Of a stretch of 64,000 bases of DNA, positions 61,954 through 64,000 are shown piece after piece. Numbering within the stretch: the stretch's first letter is position 1; each line of letters begins with the position of its first letter. The notes under the pieces were generated by a model. It ran no database searches. It saw nothing but the letters and a program-made list of their open reading frames with translations, and was not told the origin of the DNA. The stretch is from Chlorokybus atmophyticus (taxonomy: Eukaryota; Plantae; Mesostigma and Chlorokybus algae), in NCBI GenBank assembly GCA_009103225.1, contig RHPI01002533.1:523368-587367 (forward strand), in the 5' to 3' direction. A program made the position numbers and the translations under genes.

Positions 61954-64000
61954 GACTGGTGTCACCATATGTGTACCGCTGGCTCGCTGTTAGTTTGAGG
62001 TTGCTTGATGGCGACCAAGAAGGTTGCAAGGACGTCTGTTTGCAGGAGGGACCAGTTGTGTACATGAAGCTTGTGCGTGGCCATAGGGAAACACATGTAT
62101 ATATGCCTGGCAGATGTGTCGCATGTTTCTGCACCTGTTACATGCCAATACCGCAACACAAATGTTTGTCAAATGCACGTGCATAACCTATCAAGTACAT
62201 TACACAATGCCTGCGCTGGAAGTCAGTTTTGATGACGAAAATTCAATACATGAGCATTGACATGACTTCAGCTGGTGTACGTATGTAGATGTACATACTT
62301 CATTCCGTGAGATTATTTTGCATGAGGACGACTGTTGTGCCTGCAGGTTTTTAGTGCAACCAGTAGTGCCTACCTGCATACCTGTATTCATGCAGATGTA
62401 TTGAAACTGAAAACATAATCATCATCGCTTCTGCATATGAGCAACCCCAACCCCACCACCCAACCCCACCACCAGCACCTGCCAACTGCCAGCACCACCG
62501 AACTGCCAATGACACCAATCTACCAGCAGAACAGCTCCCACCCGAACGGCCCTGCGCGTGTGGTGCTTACGTAGGCAGCACACAGCGAGGGTTAGGGTAG
62601 ACTGGCAGCCAGGGCCGCGGCATGAGCGGCGAGATGCACAGAGTGGCGGGGAAGAGGGAGAGCGAAAGGGAGGGAGTCGTCGTCATTGTGATTGCCATGC
62701 TGCCCGTTGACACCAGCGACTAACAGCAGCCCGTATGGGCAGGTAATGATAAACGTGTGCATGTACATGCATGTCTAAGGGGAAGGCTAGTAGCTGGTAG
62801 TTTAGTGCAGTAGATCACGGTGGTGACAACGGTGAAATGTATACTAGTGTGCATGTAATGCTTGAGTGGTTGTGATACATTGCATGCGTGTGCCTATAGC
62901 ACGTCATATATCCTGTACACTCACCTTGTTACTACATGCGCGACCACCGGGCTACCTACTTTACTCCTACACCTACATCTACGCCCCCCTGTTAGTCATG
63001 CATGCATTAGTTGCAATCGTTTACCTGCACCAGCGTAGCCACGTGGTTAGCGGCCCATTTGCAGCAGCACCAGCGGTCACAACAGCAGCAGGACTTGGAC
63101 TCCCCCTCCCTCCTCCCTTCCCTACACCCTCCCTCCTCCCGCCGTCTTGACGCTCTGCCGTCCGCTTGCCCGCAACTGCGTCGCTGCAGCCAGGGTTAGG
63201 GTTCGCGCCCATTGGCAGCATGCAGTCTCATGCACGGCATGTAGCACACTGCTGTCGCTGCGCTGCTGTGTGGTGCGCACTATATGCACATCCATCCCAT
63301 GACCAAGGACACTGATTAAAGAGTTGTGTTTGATGGTCACTTTCAATGTTAGATAACATTCGACGTGACAATCTATCTATGTATACATCAATCTCCATAA
63401 CTACTCTAGGCATGCAATAAGTACACCTCCATCTTTGGGCGCAAATGTGACATCATGCAGTTCAACAGGAAGCCCTAAATAATGTACCAGGGAAATTGCC
63501 TCAACTTATACATGCCCATGCGCATAGGTATGGGCCCAACTGCAATGAACCAAAATTGCCATAAAAGTGTTAAGTCCACTACGAACAATTCGTGCCACTA
63601 TGGTAGTATAAAATCCGTGAACGAAACGCTCACCAACAATGTTGAGTTTAAGCACGCGCCATGCAGCATGACGGTACCCAAGGCACGTTGCGAAACCTGG
63701 TTTACAAAGGGTTCTATTGCATTTGCTAGAAGCGTCTTTGGATGACCTCACATACCCACAAACACCAAATGCAATTGAGACACAAGTCAATCATGATGAG
63801 TCTAATCACAATGTAAGACGCCTGCAGCAAGTGACTTTTGTCCACTCCTAATGGTTGTTGAAAGTTACGTGTTAACACAACCGCGATAACCGTAGCTGCA
63901 GCAGCACCATCATTCTCACCTTGATGTTGTTCAACATGTCAACATGTCAGCATGTCAACCCAAGACCGTTGTATCCCAACGAGTCAACATCAGTCATGAA

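Noticed and set aside
62588-63205. TTAGGG motifs as telomeric repeats
   Set aside because: They are isolated single copies, not tandem arrays; at most telo-box-like promoter motifs.

Overview
Eukaryotic nuclear DNA with GT-AG introns and the standard genetic code. It most likely comes from a green alga with a flagellated stage, since IFT81 is present; chlorophyte versus early streptophyte cannot be decided from this window. Seven recognisable host genes are present. Six form three head-to-head pairs (DHRS4-like SDR / DHX37, RPB4 / RPL38, IFT81 / RAD17); the seventh is an NADP-dependent alkenal reductase. They are interleaved with three transposon-rich blocks. (1) 1-7.8 kb: a pile of decayed Ty3/Gypsy elements. 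One has a chromodomain, two have a degenerate Dam/NPPF-like domain after Gag, and the block also holds a hairpin-rich LTR and a 508-bp TRIM with a TSD. (2) 22.2-29.5 kb: three diverged CRE/Zepp-like RLE LINEs packed together. (3) 32-48.7 kb: a full-length Copia (TSD GCAGG, half-tRNA PBS) carrying an antisense non-autonomous relative, followed by the most interesting feature. This is a decayed AcademX-type DNA transposon (transposase + XPG/PIN nuclease + Cys8 finger) followed on the same strand by a Tudor-like fragment and a bacteriophage-type C5 cytosine DNA methyltransferase, with an intronless HhH + U-box gene nearby. Diverged inverted repeats at about 31.9 and 47.6 kb may mark the ends of this element. 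All protein-family calls are by-eye motif recognition, not database searches. Two N gaps and a 321-nt poly-C run limit interpretation.
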